A stretch of DNA of 64,000 nucleotides from Tatlockia sp. (GTDB taxonomy: Bacteria > Pseudomonadota > Gammaproteobacteria > Legionellales > Legionellaceae). The stretch spans positions 3,076 to 67,075 of the forward strand of contig JACCVV010000064.1 in NCBI GenBank assembly GCA_013697955.1, given 5' to 3'. How positions within the stretch are numbered: position 1 is the first letter of the stretch; every line of letters starts with the position of its first letter. Below are positions 30,901 through 39,400 of this stretch, piece after piece. The notes beneath the pieces were generated by a model. The model saw nothing but the letters and a program-made list of their open reading frames with translations. It was not told where the DNA came from and ran no database searches. The translations under genes and the position numbers were made by a program.

Positions 30901-33900
30901 ATTTTAAGCACCGTGGAAAAGGCATTAATAAAATATTTTTGTGACTTTTCACTGATTTCAGAATCCTGTTCAACATTCGTTGCCTTTGAAAAATCATCAT
31001 CAACGGAGACGGGACTTTGTCTAGGATCCGCGGTTTTTCTTTCAACTTCTTTGGAATGAAGATCCGGGCTTAAGGCTTTTTTTGCAAAATATTTACTCTC
31101 ATCCTTTGCAGTAAAATCACTATAATACTCACCGTTGCTTGCACAGACGATGACATGCTGCTTGTCATCGGAATAGACTTTTGCATCAGGGCCACCAAAG
31201 ACTTCAATGTTAGTCCAGCCCGTTTCATTCAGCACCCTTTTCCATTGTTGTACACTCAATAGAGGACCTACTCCGGAACGATTGTCTGCATCCTGAAAAT
31301 CCCACCAACCTTTGGTCAAACCAAAAGTCATCGTTGCAAAATAGACTTCGCTTGTGCCTTCATTCAAGATCAAAATAGCATTGCGTTTTGCCATTTTTTT
31401 AACACGATCCATAGTCTCAGTAATGTACGGTGTTGCATGTAAGACATTTGCAGCAATAATTAAATCATAATATCCATATTCATAGCCTTGCTGCTCAATA
31501 TCCTGGTTAATATCAAGTACTTTAAATTGCAGAAATGGAAATGAGTCACCCCATGTTTTTTTGCCATGTTGGGTAAATGCGCGCGAGATATCGGTGTAAT
31601 GATATTCAATCTTATCGCCCCACTGCATAAGCATGTTAATCAGAGGAGCGGTTGTGCCACCCGTACCAGCGCCTATCTCCAATATACGTATTTTTGTTTG
31701 TGAAACGAATGTAGGGATAAACCGGGTACTAATAATTTCCTTAACTGATTCGGTGACAATTTGATTAAAATAGTCAACTTGCGGATTATTTTTATATATT
31801 TTTTCAACCAAACTCATGGAAGAGCCAGGAAATAACACATCACTTGCTTTTCGCTCACCACTTAATACTTGAGGATAGGCATCAATACAACAATCCAGCA
31901 GGGTCAAATGGGGTTCATATTCAGGATAGCGCTTTATTAAACCTAACCTCTTATCGCTTAACTGCGAGGCAGTCAGAGGATGCCTGGTTTTAGTTAACTG
32001 CGCCCCCTTATTGATTAGCGAAATAAATCCTTCTTTTTCTAAAATGGTAAATAATACTTGCCACAATTGCTGATATTCCGGCAAAATTTTGACTTGTTTT
32101 AATACACCCAATTCAGAAATTTCATTGTCAATTAGCATTCCATATAATTTTTCACAAGCCCAAGCCTCAATTTCTTCAAAACCTACCAATACCGGTGACA
32201 ATTTTCCTTGCCAGGATTGAATCATTTGCTGAAGAACAGGTATAACAGGCTGTATAGCCAAACTACTAGTACTGGCGATTAGGGAAATTTTCTTATCAAA
32301 ATTGACTCCTGCATTGGACAATAACGTTTTACTCGCCTTGATAGGCATCACTTGGACAATCGAATGCTCCAATGACCGTTCAAAGGCCCTGATACCCTCA
32401 TCGCAATTGATGGATTCTACGCCGAGTTTTTGCATTTTTTTTAAGTAATAGGGTGTAGCGACCACGCCCACGTTACCCCAATAACCCCAATTAATCACTT
32501 TGACATTCCAATGAAAATGATCAATTAGATAACGTGCATAAACATCCTGGAAGCAACATCCTGCAACATAATTACTTTGTCCTGAATTACAGGTTAAAGA
32601 ATTACCTGATGAGAAAAAAACCAGCCAATCTAAAGTTTCATGCCTGAATGCTTGAGCCAAAGCCATGGCTCCTAAAGCTTTAACAGAAAATGCCTTCTTA
32701 AAACTTTCTTTAGTCAAACGCAAAATAGAACTGTCTTCAAGGGTGAGTGCAGAAAAAATAACTCCATTGACCTTACCCCACCGCTTTTTAACAATCCTCA
32801 ATGCCTTGGTCATTTCCTCTGGTGAGGTAACATCACACTGGATATAAAAAGCCCGCTCACCAAATCGATTCAATTGCTGAATAAATTGCTCCTTTTCAGG
32901 ATCCAGAGCGCTACGTCCTAAAAGCACAACACGAGCATTCTTGCTGACTAAATGCGAACTCATCACACGACCAAGCCCCCCTGCCCCTCCAACGATGAAG
33001 TAAACACCGTCCTCCCTGATACCTTCTGTACTCGTTTCCTGTTGTTGCAAATCGATAATACTAAGCTGTTGCTGATAACATCTAGCATGACGATAAGCCA
33101 GCAGTTTATTTTCTCCATTCGGTTTGTATTGAATAAGAAAGGATAATAATTTTTCCTGATGATTCAGAAGATCAGTACTGGCAATATCAATCGCAGCTAT
33201 AGAATGCTTTTGAAGCTCTCGGGCCGCTACGCGTGCTAATCCTTGTATTGCTGCACCATAGGGATTACAAGGTTCACCTTGAAATACTTGCTGCGTATCA
33301 TTAGTAATGACTTTCAGAATTAAATTAGAGCTAATGTGAATCATGGCTTGTAGCAAATAAAGTAAGGAGATGGAGGTTCTATTAACTATCTCCTCAGCAT
33401 TCGCCAGATCATCTTCATGGTAAAAGGGTTGTATTGCAGCTGTAAAATAGAGTTTGTTAATGCCCTCACTGGCATTTAGCACCTTTCTATAATCGCCTGG
33501 ATCACGACAATCAATTTCAAAATGATTCTCGGAGATAACCCGATATTTGTTTCCCAATAACACCCTCACAAAGGATCCATTAATCCTTTTACAGAGATTT
33601 AATGAGAGATCCAGATCGAGGAAAGAATAAAATAAAATAGCACTATCATCCGCCTCTACAGGGTCATAGAGAAAGTCTGTCAAGGGTAGCCATTCTGGTT
33701 TACAGTAAATAACTTGTTGATCAACCCTCTCTTCTTTATTATTTTGAAATTGGTAATTTGATTTTCTTGCGCAAACATTTTTACAAACGCCGAGCAAGTT
33801 CCCTTTTTCATCCGTAATCATCAGGGTAAATTTGATAGAATCGTCGGTGTAATGCAGAGTAGATTTTTTTATTATCACATACACTTCATTGGGTAATTTC

Positions 33901-36368
33901 TTATAAAGTGTTAATTCCTCTATTGAAAAAGGCAGTAATTTAATTTGTTCATCGCTTCTTGCTATCCCAATGCTAGCCAGTTGTAATGCCCCATCAACTA
34001 ACCTGGTGTCCAGCTTGAAATCCTCATCATCCTCCAGGATGGACAGCTTGCCAAGGATACCCTCTTCGCTTATCCATACTTGCTGCAAAACATCAATAGA
34101 TGGCCCGTAATATAAACCCCTACTCTGCATTATTTGATAAATATCAGTTTTATCATGAACAACACTTGCTTGTTGTTTGTTCTCTCTAATCCATTCACTA
34201 AAGGTTTGCCTTTCTTGAAAAACAACGTCAAAAGTTAATTTTCCCTGAGCGACTAAAGACGCATCCTCATGAAAAAGTTGATAGTTGAATTGTTGTTGAT
34301 TGTCATTGTCAAGTTTTAACTGGCCAGTGAGTTTAATCTTATCCTTTACACATTGAATAGGTTTTAACCAAAGGATTTCATTGAGCTGACAGCCACTAAT
34401 CTTTTCTGCTCTATTTTTAGCAAGCGCATCGACCATCATTTCCAACACATAGGCGCCGGGTAAAGTGGGAACATTCAAGATTTTATGATCTTTGAACATC
34501 CAGGCATCTTCTGACAACTCTTTTTCAAAACTAAAGCCACCGGGATTGGTTTCACCTGATTCATGCCTGGCAGGTCCGAGAAAATAATTGGTTGTTTGGA
34601 ATGGATAGGCAGGCAAAGACATACGCAAGCATGGCTGTGTTTTATAAAAAATAGTCCAGTTTAAATTTTTTCCGGATAAATAAGCATTGGCTATTATTTT
34701 TAAATACTGAAGAAACAAGGCAGGACTATCCTGAGTCTGCCACAGTTTTGCAGCAATTTTGCCTACAGAATCAGCATCCATTTCGCTGATTTGTCTAGCA
34801 GTCACATTAAAAACTTTAATTATCTTTTCAAGTTCTTCTTGCAAATTTAACCAGCTATCCACAATCAGTGCACTTCGATAATTATAATGACCTCGCCCAA
34901 CGGCTAAGGTATACGCAACATCAAGGAGTGAGCTGTCATTGGGCTGATTTTTGCAATACTCTAATAAGTCTAGACACTTCTTTTTCAGTGAAAAAGGGCT
35001 TTTAGCAGATAAGATGATTAGAAAAAAAGGTACCTTGGCTCTATTCTGCAGCGAAAGTCTTTCCGCTCCTTCTTGAACGACCACATGGGCATTAGTACCG
35101 CTCCAGCCAAAGGAATTGATTACAGCTAACCGGCCTTTATTATTGCGTCCAGTCCACTCTTGCAGCCTTGTGTTCACATAAAAGGGTGTGGAGGCAAAAT
35201 CAATATGTGGGTTTGGTCTTAAAAAGTGAAGAGAAGGTACCAGTTGTTTATGCTCCATGCAAAGCAGTACTTTTATAAGACCTGCAATACCAGCAGAAAA
35301 AGCGCCGTGACCTATGTTGGTTTTAACAGAACCAATAGCACAGAATGATTTTTCATAGGTATATGAATCAAAGGTCTTGGTTAACGCTTCAATTTCGATA
35401 GGATCACCCAGTTGTGTGCCTGTCCCATGCGCCTCTACATAACTAATATCCGCAGGATTAATACCTGTCTTTTGATAAACCTCCGATTGTAGGGCTGTCT
35501 GTGATTTGGTAGAAGGGGCCGTAATACCGTTTGTTCTTCCATCCTGATTGATACCCGAGCCAACAATGACTCCATAAATGTGATCGTTATCGCGAATGGC
35601 AGAGCTTAATTTCTTTAGAAAAACGACACTGACTCCCTCACTTAATACAAAGCCATTTGCATCCTCATCAAAGGCTTTACAGAGTCCATCAGGTGACAAC
35701 ATCTTTGCACTGGAGCACATAGCGAAACCAAGTGCTGTGGTTGATAAAAATACACCACCCGCCAAGGCCAATTCGCTCTCACCATTATTTAAACTTTGAC
35801 AGGCTAAGTGGAGGGCTACCAGAGAGGAAGAACAGGCGGTATCGAGCGTTACACAGGGACCATGAAAATCCAGATAATAGGCAATTCTTGCTGATAGCAA
35901 AGAAGCAGTATTGCCTACTGAAGTATGCGCATCTAATGCAAGGCCAGCTGCTCTAAGCTTGTCAAAATAATCACCTGCATTTGCACCGGCAAAAACACCT
36001 ATCTTTCGTCCTGATAATTCTTCCGGATTATAGCCAGCACGCTCAATTGCTCGCCAACATTCCTGCAGAAAGAGTCGTTGTTGCGGGTCAGCTCGTTCTG
36101 CTTCATGACCTGTCAAATTAAAAAATGAAGGGTCAAATGCATAAATATCATCAAGAAAACCCCCTTTGTTGGTAGACATATTATAGGGTTTGGTACTTTC
36201 CCAACGCGCAGTTGGAAAATCAGTTATTGAACATTGACCCTCTGCCAGATTTTTCCAGAATTGTTCACAATCCTTAGCGCCAGGAAAGATGCCTGAAAAA
36301 CCAATTACAGCAATTTTCTCATGGCTTTGATTCGGTAATTCTGTTTTTTTTGTTTCAAATTCACTCAC
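21984..36368 (-). CDS. Trans-AT type I polyketide synthase PKS-D: KS-DH-KR-cMT-ACP-KS-ACP-KS-DH-KR-ACP-KS-(unassigned ~130-aa tail)
   Basis: 4794 aa with an apparent GTG start. There are four KS domains with the full Cys/His/His set (C179/H314/H354, C2071/H2206/H2246, C2762/H2898/H2938, C4245/H4380/H4420). No AT-like segment lies between any KS and its downstream domains. Confidence 0.95.
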   Translation of the reverse strand: MSEFETKKTELPNQSHEKIAVIGFSGIFPGAKDCEQFWKNLAEGQCSITDFPTARWESTKPYNMSTNKGGFLDDIYAFDPSFFNLTGHEAERADPQQRLFLQECWRAIERAGYNPEELSGRKIGVFAGANAGDYFDKLRAAGLALDAHTSVGNTASLLSARIAYYLDFHGPCVTLDTACSSSLVALHLACQSLNNGESELALAGGVFLSTTALGFAMCSSAKMLSPDGLCKAFDEDANGFVLSEGVSVVFLKKLSSAIRDNDHIYGVIVGSGINQDGRTNGITAPSTKSQTALQSEVYQKTGINPADISYVEAHGTGTQLGDPIEIEALTKTFDSYTYEKSFCAIGSVKTNIGHGAFSAGIAGLIKVLLCMEHKQLVPSLHFLRPNPHIDFASTPFYVNTRLQEWTGRNNKGRLAVINSFGWSGTNAHVVVQEGAERLSLQNRAKVPFFLIILSAKSPFSLKKKCLDLLEYCKNQPNDSSLLDVAYTLAVGRGHYNYRSALIVDSWLNLQEELEKIIKVFNVTARQISEMDADSVGKIAAKLWQTQDSPALFLQYLKIIANAYLSGKNLNWTIFYKTQPCLRMSLPAYPFQTTNYFLGPARHESGETNPGGFSFEKELSEDAWMFKDHKILNVPTLPGAYVLEMMVDALAKNRAEKISGCQLNEILWLKPIQCVKDKIKLTGQLKLDNDNQQQFNYQLFHEDASLVAQGKLTFDVVFQERQTFSEWIRENKQQASVVHDKTDIYQIMQSRGLYYGPSIDVLQQVWISEEGILGKLSILEDDEDFKLDTRLVDGALQLASIGIARSDEQIKLLPFSIEELTLYKKLPNEVYVIIKKSTLHYTDDSIKFTLMITDEKGNLLGVCKNVCARKSNYQFQNNKEERVDQQVIYCKPEWLPLTDFLYDPVEADDSAILFYSFLDLDLSLNLCKRINGSFVRVLLGNKYRVISENHFEIDCRDPGDYRKVLNASEGINKLYFTAAIQPFYHEDDLANAEEIVNRTSISLLYLLQAMIHISSNLILKVITNDTQQVFQGEPCNPYGAAIQGLARVAARELQKHSIAAIDIASTDLLNHQEKLLSFLIQYKPNGENKLLAYRHARCYQQQLSIIDLQQQETSTEGIREDGVYFIVGGAGGLGRVMSSHLVSKNARVVLLGRSALDPEKEQFIQQLNRFGERAFYIQCDVTSPEEMTKALRIVKKRWGKVNGVIFSALTLEDSSILRLTKESFKKAFSVKALGAMALAQAFRHETLDWLVFFSSGNSLTCNSGQSNYVAGCCFQDVYARYLIDHFHWNVKVINWGYWGNVGVVATPYYLKKMQKLGVESINCDEGIRAFERSLEHSIVQVMPIKASKTLLSNAGVNFDKKISLIASTSSLAIQPVIPVLQQMIQSWQGKLSPVLVGFEEIEAWACEKLYGMLIDNEISELGVLKQVKILPEYQQLWQVLFTILEKEGFISLINKGAQLTKTRHPLTASQLSDKRLGLIKRYPEYEPHLTLLDCCIDAYPQVLSGERKASDVLFPGSSMSLVEKIYKNNPQVDYFNQIVTESVKEIISTRFIPTFVSQTKIRILEIGAGTGGTTAPLINMLMQWGDKIEYHYTDISRAFTQHGKKTWGDSFPFLQFKVLDINQDIEQQGYEYGYYDLIIAANVLHATPYITETMDRVKKMAKRNAILILNEGTSEVYFATMTFGLTKGWWDFQDADNRSGVGPLLSVQQWKRVLNETGWTNIEVFGGPDAKVYSDDKQHVIVCASNGEYYSDFTAKDESKYFAKKALSPDLHSKEVERKTADPRQSPVSVDDDFSKATNVEQDSEISEKSQKYFINAFSTVLKIDRELIRTNNKFANYGIDSLVAITVIEMLEKDFGKLSKTLLFEHDNIQSLIQYFIQNHREKLQSLLGSPVQSSTTKQLNPEYSASSTAPIAVIGIACRFPKAKNKDEFWENLKAGVDCTSSLPALRKKLGFNKNYSGGFIDDLACFDPLFFNISPIEARLMDPQERIFLETSWLAIEDAGYTPERLQTNHKQGVGVFVGVMYGEYQCLGAKHSFDGTFVEAHSAQWSIANRVSHSLDFKGPSLAIDTACSSSLTSVAMACDSIRRGECSAAIAGGVNLILTPEHYLWLERAQMLADNGQCCPFSADAEGIIPGEGVGAILLKPLDQAIKDNDNIYAVIRGHGINHGGKSHGFTVPNMQQQAALITGVIESTGTDPKTIHYIEAHGTGTPLGDPIEINGLTKAFRQFSLKNQSCAIGSLKGNIGHLEGASGIASLIKVLLQMRHGVLVPSINATQINAEINFADSPFYLQQTLTNLVQTSYKKCSGISSFGAGGLNVHMIVEEHVGQRDQEQSPSTKSPLLIVLSAKKQSVLEQKVQKLILFLQNKFISLSELAYTLQVGRVAMDLRVAMIATDIEDLTAKLKLYLNNQSSSDINIGHSQSRFVDDDVTQRSIKVALANKDNHELSRLWISGCHIDWEKLYEQQSLSRISLPGYDFLRDNYWFTDLDLRIQQPIKSQKTLELSLNSKATTKALTRAQIESVIREELELADDISLARPFFELGVDSIIASQLVKVLNQKLDLMLTATDLYNYPDLERLYVFLTEKRPEIELEGKKEILDPQETEIAIIGIACRFPGAENANEYWKLLENGQDAITCFPNERLDALSGREHQLKNSQFVGGFIKDYQCFDPLFFNLSPKEAEAMDPQQRLFLETSWHAIEDAGYSMESLDKSCSIYIGVSSSYYQSSPHNTMGVMGNSNAILPARLAYFLDLQGAAVTIDTACSSSLVAIHHACQSLIRKEAKISIAGGVSCTLFRQEPFEFLNDTGMYSKVGRCQVFDDAADGFVPAEGVGMIILKPLKDAIADGNSIYAVIKGSAINQDGKSNGLTAPNALSQTNLIRSLYEKININPQTLSYVEMHGTGTKLGDPIEVEGIKSAFLHFTDAKQFCGIGSSKSNIGHTLAAAGSAGLIKLILAMKHKKLPASIHYKNTNQNIDLANSPFFVVDKLIDWKQITNQPRRAALSSFGFSGTNCHMVLEEFTNLGDKPGNKFIAKPCLINLSAKRNTELVKMAANLHHWLQNEGKDCNLEDLSFSLNLCRTHFSKRMSWVVTTKVELMNALLQVSGSTNVISDNSCKLTLSPASEDQLITRLLSCESDSKTYDEVLRKLSEYYLAGGTINFQSIYAANRRLRLHLPGYPFNRKQYSPIKCENYHKVINHPLLDGYYREGDKYIYGKVFSKADKIISDHKIGGQFLLPAVAQIEMVRVAMSFVSDLKGKFIKFRQLIWLRPIVVEDLTKIELRVLPIGNQFQASLVTVNGDAITEHATCQIEEDFSEGINDLELAEIKTRCGQTSSKAEIYKTLQLMGYEYGESLQAIEQWWNNEQESLSLINIEQDLWRLYPSESLHPSIVDAAIQTITAIGINQKITDKWIPFSIKEVIQYASFSSRLYAYCKILEKRNANLAYDVVIFNEEGKVVLKINELSLRKIQAIKTLQNPVLVNLSGDFFQPQWTASNLGVHKPFDQPKVVLIFSRSMLCLQDRRQVNNSVEFIHVLLGEQCRNINTSTYEINAMEEEDYHKFLPEIFLKSGEILFFSDDLDHAVKAGGYEQILRPLFFLAKALMQLNLPKNIRIVHILQDSSILNSFNSAVAAFSRSIWRENHHIQMKTVNFNQEVTPSNVLSLALDELLIEPFKIEEIKRNLTERWIKQFVESKPDIASNDFSSQPFKKNGIYLITGGGGYIGYELSTFLARNYQATLIWIGRSKLNDKLLAQIAKIESLGTKIKYYSTDVCDLASMLAVKEDIHLRYGLIDGVIHAAGQIDDRVLTQKTWFSFYHLIQAKITGTLVLDDITASEPLDFFFICSSLASIAGSAGQADYAAANGFLDGFANFRAEQVLKGERKGITLSMNWPLWQPFGMKPEQGLQLPQFDWVTPLSGEEGIAIFNNAFAFKSPNLIYFQGQTEKFREQLALISSNESVSPLKNGADYLPEITQLLEKNLLNIISEMLYLSEADITLEQPMSEYGFDSITLSVFATKINEIYNLDLSPAELFGQNSLGHLITYLLAHYQEKMVNLHQPSNSFTQNSELEENIKNIQQNSDTEIAIIGMAGLFPQSSDLNKFWKNLEAGADMVVEIPPERFDWQEVYQKVRDINPDLIPNKGGFISNIDKFDADYFKISRHEANLMDPQQRLFMELAIHCIENAGLVPSSLAGTQTGVFAGVSTNDYAQLLLTMADAGGHALTGISPCIIPNRLSWLLGLHGPSETIDTACSSSLVAVYHAVQSLLNGECKMALAGGINVILSPTPFIAFSRAGMLSPDGKCKSLDKDANGYVRGEGGGLVLLKPLKAAIADKDPIYAVIKGIAMNHGGFAQHLTAPNPASQAAVIKTALEKAKVDSSTISYVELHGTGTTLGDAVEIEGLTQAFSKGPNMTKHCGLGSVKSNMGHLESAAGIASLIKIILALQHKILPATLHIKELNPYLKLAETPFYPVQETQIWEPLLSSFNEPIPRRAGVSSFGFGGVNVHAIIEEFQNNNIEHKAPALPPYLLILSAKNPEQLIDSTRQLSEYLQQEKRQDAHFMANLAFTLQTGREHFPRRIALIVSTKEELINKLNAIKTGLEPVDNVVHNLDSELLNKVRKPDNSLILSEITLLEIAQHWVEGLSIQWQSFMKNCSRLRLPGYPFARDSYWYIDFEKKIDENILINVNQIKDRCQISILPIRPDLFVNIVTNHEEALATINSESRTLTNVTTMYVQLLKEVWHEEPELQQSQFNVDWNLLINDNEEHYLYMQKIQTNNRPLFNLAMINNQGQLLEQSAAVTF
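21987..22376 (-). other. PKS-D C-terminal ~130-aa region of unknown function
   Basis: aa ~4665-4794, after the KS flanking subdomain (..LPGYPFARDSYWY). No PKS motif recognised. Confidence 0.4.
22860..24143 (-). other. PKS-D KS4 (C-terminal KS with no ACP on the same protein)
   Basis: aa ~4076-4503; DTACSSS (Cys codon at 23634-23636 checked on the DNA), ELHGTGT, NMGHLE. Confidence 0.9.
24240..24476 (-). other. PKS-D ACP3
   Basis: aa ~3965-4043; YGFDSI with Ser4003. Confidence 0.85.
24699..25271 (-). other. PKS-D KR2 (B-type IDD motif)
   Basis: aa ~3700-3890; motifs TGGGGYIG, GQIDDR, GQADYAAAN. Confidence 0.85.
25974..26801 (-). other. PKS-D DH2
   Basis: aa ~3190-3465; starts HPLLDG, canonical H3225 in HKIGGQFLLP, D3389 in VDAAIQ. 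Confidence 0.85.
27318..28562 (-). other. PKS-D KS3
   Basis: aa ~2603-3017; motifs DTACSSS, EMHGTGT, NIGHT. Confidence 0.9.
28614..28835 (-). other. PKS-D ACP2 (module KS2-ACP has no reductive domains)
   Basis: aa ~2512-2585; LGVDSI with Ser2546. Confidence 0.85.
29394..30641 (-). other. PKS-D KS2
   Basis: aa ~1910-2325; motifs DTACSSS, EAHGTGT, NIGHLE. Confidence 0.9.
30729..30956 (-). other. PKS-D ACP1
   Basis: aa ~1805-1880; YGIDSL with Ser1841. Confidence 0.85.
31134..32186 (-). other. PKS-D C-methyltransferase domain
   Basis: aa ~1395-1745; motifs ILEIGAGTGGT, ANVLHAT, LTKGWWDF..D.R...GPLL. Confidence 0.85.
32469..33026 (-). other. PKS-D KR1 (B-type LED motif)
   Basis: aa ~1115-1300; Rossmann motif VGGAGGLG, LTLEDSS, Tyr1267 in SGQSNYVAGC. 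Confidence 0.8.
33759..34556 (-). other. PKS-D DH1
   Basis: aa ~605-870; H628 in HKILNVPTLP (HxxxxxxxxP), and D792 in VDGALQ. Confidence 0.8.
35073..36320 (-). other. PKS-D KS1
   Basis: aa ~17-432; motifs DTACSSS, EAHGTGT, NIGHG. Confidence 0.9.
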
Positions 36369-36429
36369 TTTTTTCTCAGCTTATTAGGATGTGTTTACAT
36401 ATCAACCACTATTGGAAAGGTAAACAGAA

Positions 36430-39400
36430 CTACTTAATTAATTCTAAAATGGCTTCATCAATTTCTAATGAACCCATTTCAACCTTATGCAACATATTTT
36501 CGATCATCTCTTCAGTATGAAAGAAAGAATCTTCTTCACTAGATGGCAATAAACTATCTTGCTGATCGTTTTTTATCAGCGGCTCTTGTGTGTTTTTGAG
36601 AAGATATTGCGTCAAATCGTTGATGGAAGGATTATCAAAAATAACGCTCGGACGCATGTTTAATCCCAATTTATTATTTAATCGTTTAAGGAAATCCAGA
36701 GCTACAATAGAGTCTACGCCTAATTCAGAGAAGACTATCTGATGCTTGATCTTGTCTGTTGGAAGTCCAAGACTTTCACTTAAACTTAATGCGATGGCTT
36801 CTTTCAATCCCTTCGCCTCAGGCGCTTGGGATTCATTTTTAGATGGGGAATTGAGCGCGGAATTAGTCTTGTGCAAATAAAAATCCTTTATCTCCACGAG
36901 GACAACTCCTTCCGAGTCAACCATATTAATAGAAAAGATGAAGCCTTGCTTAGTTTGAAGGCTCGTTAATACCTTGATGTAACAATCACCCATAGGTTTT
37001 GTGAATAAAGTGATGGAACCAATTGAGAATGGCTGGAATGATAAGCTATCCATTGAAATTTTCTTTTCAAACAATGCCACTTGTAAGACAGCATCAAATA
37101 ATCCGGGATGAATGAAGCACTGCGGGTATTTTTCATGGATTAAGCCATTTATTTTTCCAACCGGGGTATCATTCAGATAGAAAATTTCATCTAAAACTTG
37201 ATACTCTTCTCCATAAAAAATTCCTCGTTGTTCAAAATCCATATAAATAGCTTGTTTAGTTAGTAATCTATTTCGATGATTTCGATAATCCTCAGAACTT
37301 AAGAGCGGAACCTCAGGCAAAATTTCGCTCAAATTACCCCGCATATGCAAAATCGGCTCAACCTCAGACCCGCCTTTTAGCTCAAAATACTGTTTTTTTC
37401 TATCAAATAGAGTGTTAGTTTCAATTCCTTCTTCATTTGCAAATAGTGGTTTTAAAAACTCAACATCTTGTAAAACAAGGCAATTGACTGTCTTCTCCAG
37501 TTGAAGAATTGCTTCTATAGCCAGGCTTAAGCTTAGTGAAAATGACAGGGCATTTTTACCCTTTAATTGATGGCCATTCAGAAAAGGATCCATCTTATGG
37601 AAATGTTTTCTCAATACTCGCTTTTGGGGCAGTATCTGTATTGAATCGATTAAGAGATGAGCTTCTCCATTCTGGGCAATCGGACCAAAGGGTAAATGAT
37701 ATATTGTGTTGGCAAAAGGATAGCCGGGAAGCGCTATTTTTTTTGCTCCCGCTGCGTCATACATTGGCTGCCAATCAATGAAAGCCCCTTGTAAAAAACA
37801 GCTTTCTAACTGCTTCAATATGTCATGATAGAGAAAACTTGTTTTATCGCTGATAGCAATTAACTGGTTCATTATCGTTTCAGCTGCTGAAAGGTTCTGT
37901 AATTTTTGCACTGTCTGCTCTCTCAACTTATAGGAATTCAGTTTGTCGTATAATTCTGCAGTTGATGCAGCGATAAATGTTGCCCGGTAAGGAAATTGTT
38001 CTCGCCCTATAGCGAGGGTATAGGCTAGATCGGATAAGGCAATGCGATTGTCATTTTGGGATAGCCAGAGCTTGAATTGCACTATTTTTTCAGCTAATGC
38101 CTGCGCGGTCTTTGTTGAAAAAATGAAAAGCTGAGGCGCCAAAGGAGCCGATTCCCTGATACATTTTGGAGATTCTTCAAGCAAAACATGGGCATTGGTT
38201 CCACTCCAGCCAAATGAACTTAGAGCGGCTCGCCGCGGCGTAGATGTTGACCAAGGACGTAATTCTTTAGAGATATAAAATGGGCTTGCTGACAAATTTA
38301 TATGAGGATTTAATTTATCATAGTGAATAAGTGGCGGTATTTTTTCATGCTTTAATGCCAGCAGTGCTTTAATCAAACCGGCAATACCAGCGGCTGCTGC
38401 GGTATGTCCAATATTAGCTTTCACAGAACCTAAGGCACAAAACTCTTTTTTCCTGGTCAATTGACCAAAAGCATCAACCAGTGCATTCACTTCAATCGGA
38501 TCGCCTAAACTGGTACCTGTTCCATGTGCTTCAATATATCCAATCGATTCAGGGGATATTTTGGCCTTTTGACAGGTTTCGACTACTAAAGCTGTTTGTG
38601 AATATTTAGAGGGTGCGGTCATGCCATTCGTCCGGCCATCCTGATTAATATGAGATGCTTTGATAACTCCATAAATGTGATCATTGTCCGCTAGCGCTTT
38701 CTTTAAGGGCTTTATCAAAACCACTCCAATACCCTCACCAATGACAATTCCATCTGCTTTTTCATCAAAGGGCTTACAAACATTTTGCGGTGATAACATC
38801 CCTAATGCCCTGAGTGAGCTAAACAATTGAGCATCAAAATTTAAACTAACTCCTCCAACTAAAGCCATCTCTAACATTCCCTGCCGTATTTGTTGGCAAG
38901 CAAGATCTAAAGCCACCAGCGATGAAGAACAAGCGGTATCGATACACATTGCAGCACCTTTCAAATCAAGGAAATAAGCAATGCGTGAAGCAAGTATGGA
39001 CGTGGAATGACCTAGCAAATGTTGTGCGCTATTTAAGCCATTACAGGTTGCCATATTTTTTGACATACCTGAGTTATCCACCACACCAATAAAAACGCCT
39101 GTTTCTGAGCCTTTCAATGACTTAGCCGCATACCCAGCATCCTCAAACACATCCCAACAATGCTGTAATAAAATACGTTGCTGCGGGGCCATATTCCTTG
39201 CTTCATTCGGTGATATGTTGAAAAATTCGGCATCAAAAACCAAGGGATTATCGATAAACCCGCCCTTGTAATTATCCTTCAACAAGGATTCACTCCAACG
39301 CCCACCTGGCAAATCGCTGATGGATGAAACACCATCACAAATATTTTGCCAATATTCACGCCAATTATTAGCGCCGGGGAATCGACAGGAAATCCCTATG

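Noticed and set aside
22618-35956. Plus-strand ORFs of 60-119 aa inside PKS-D (22618, 23380, 24537, 26515, 27028, 30505, 30877, 32665, 32952, 35596, 35732).
   Set aside because: All are antisense to a continuous 4794-aa ORF with dense PKS motifs. They have low-complexity or odd composition and no motifs, as expected by chance for antisense frames.
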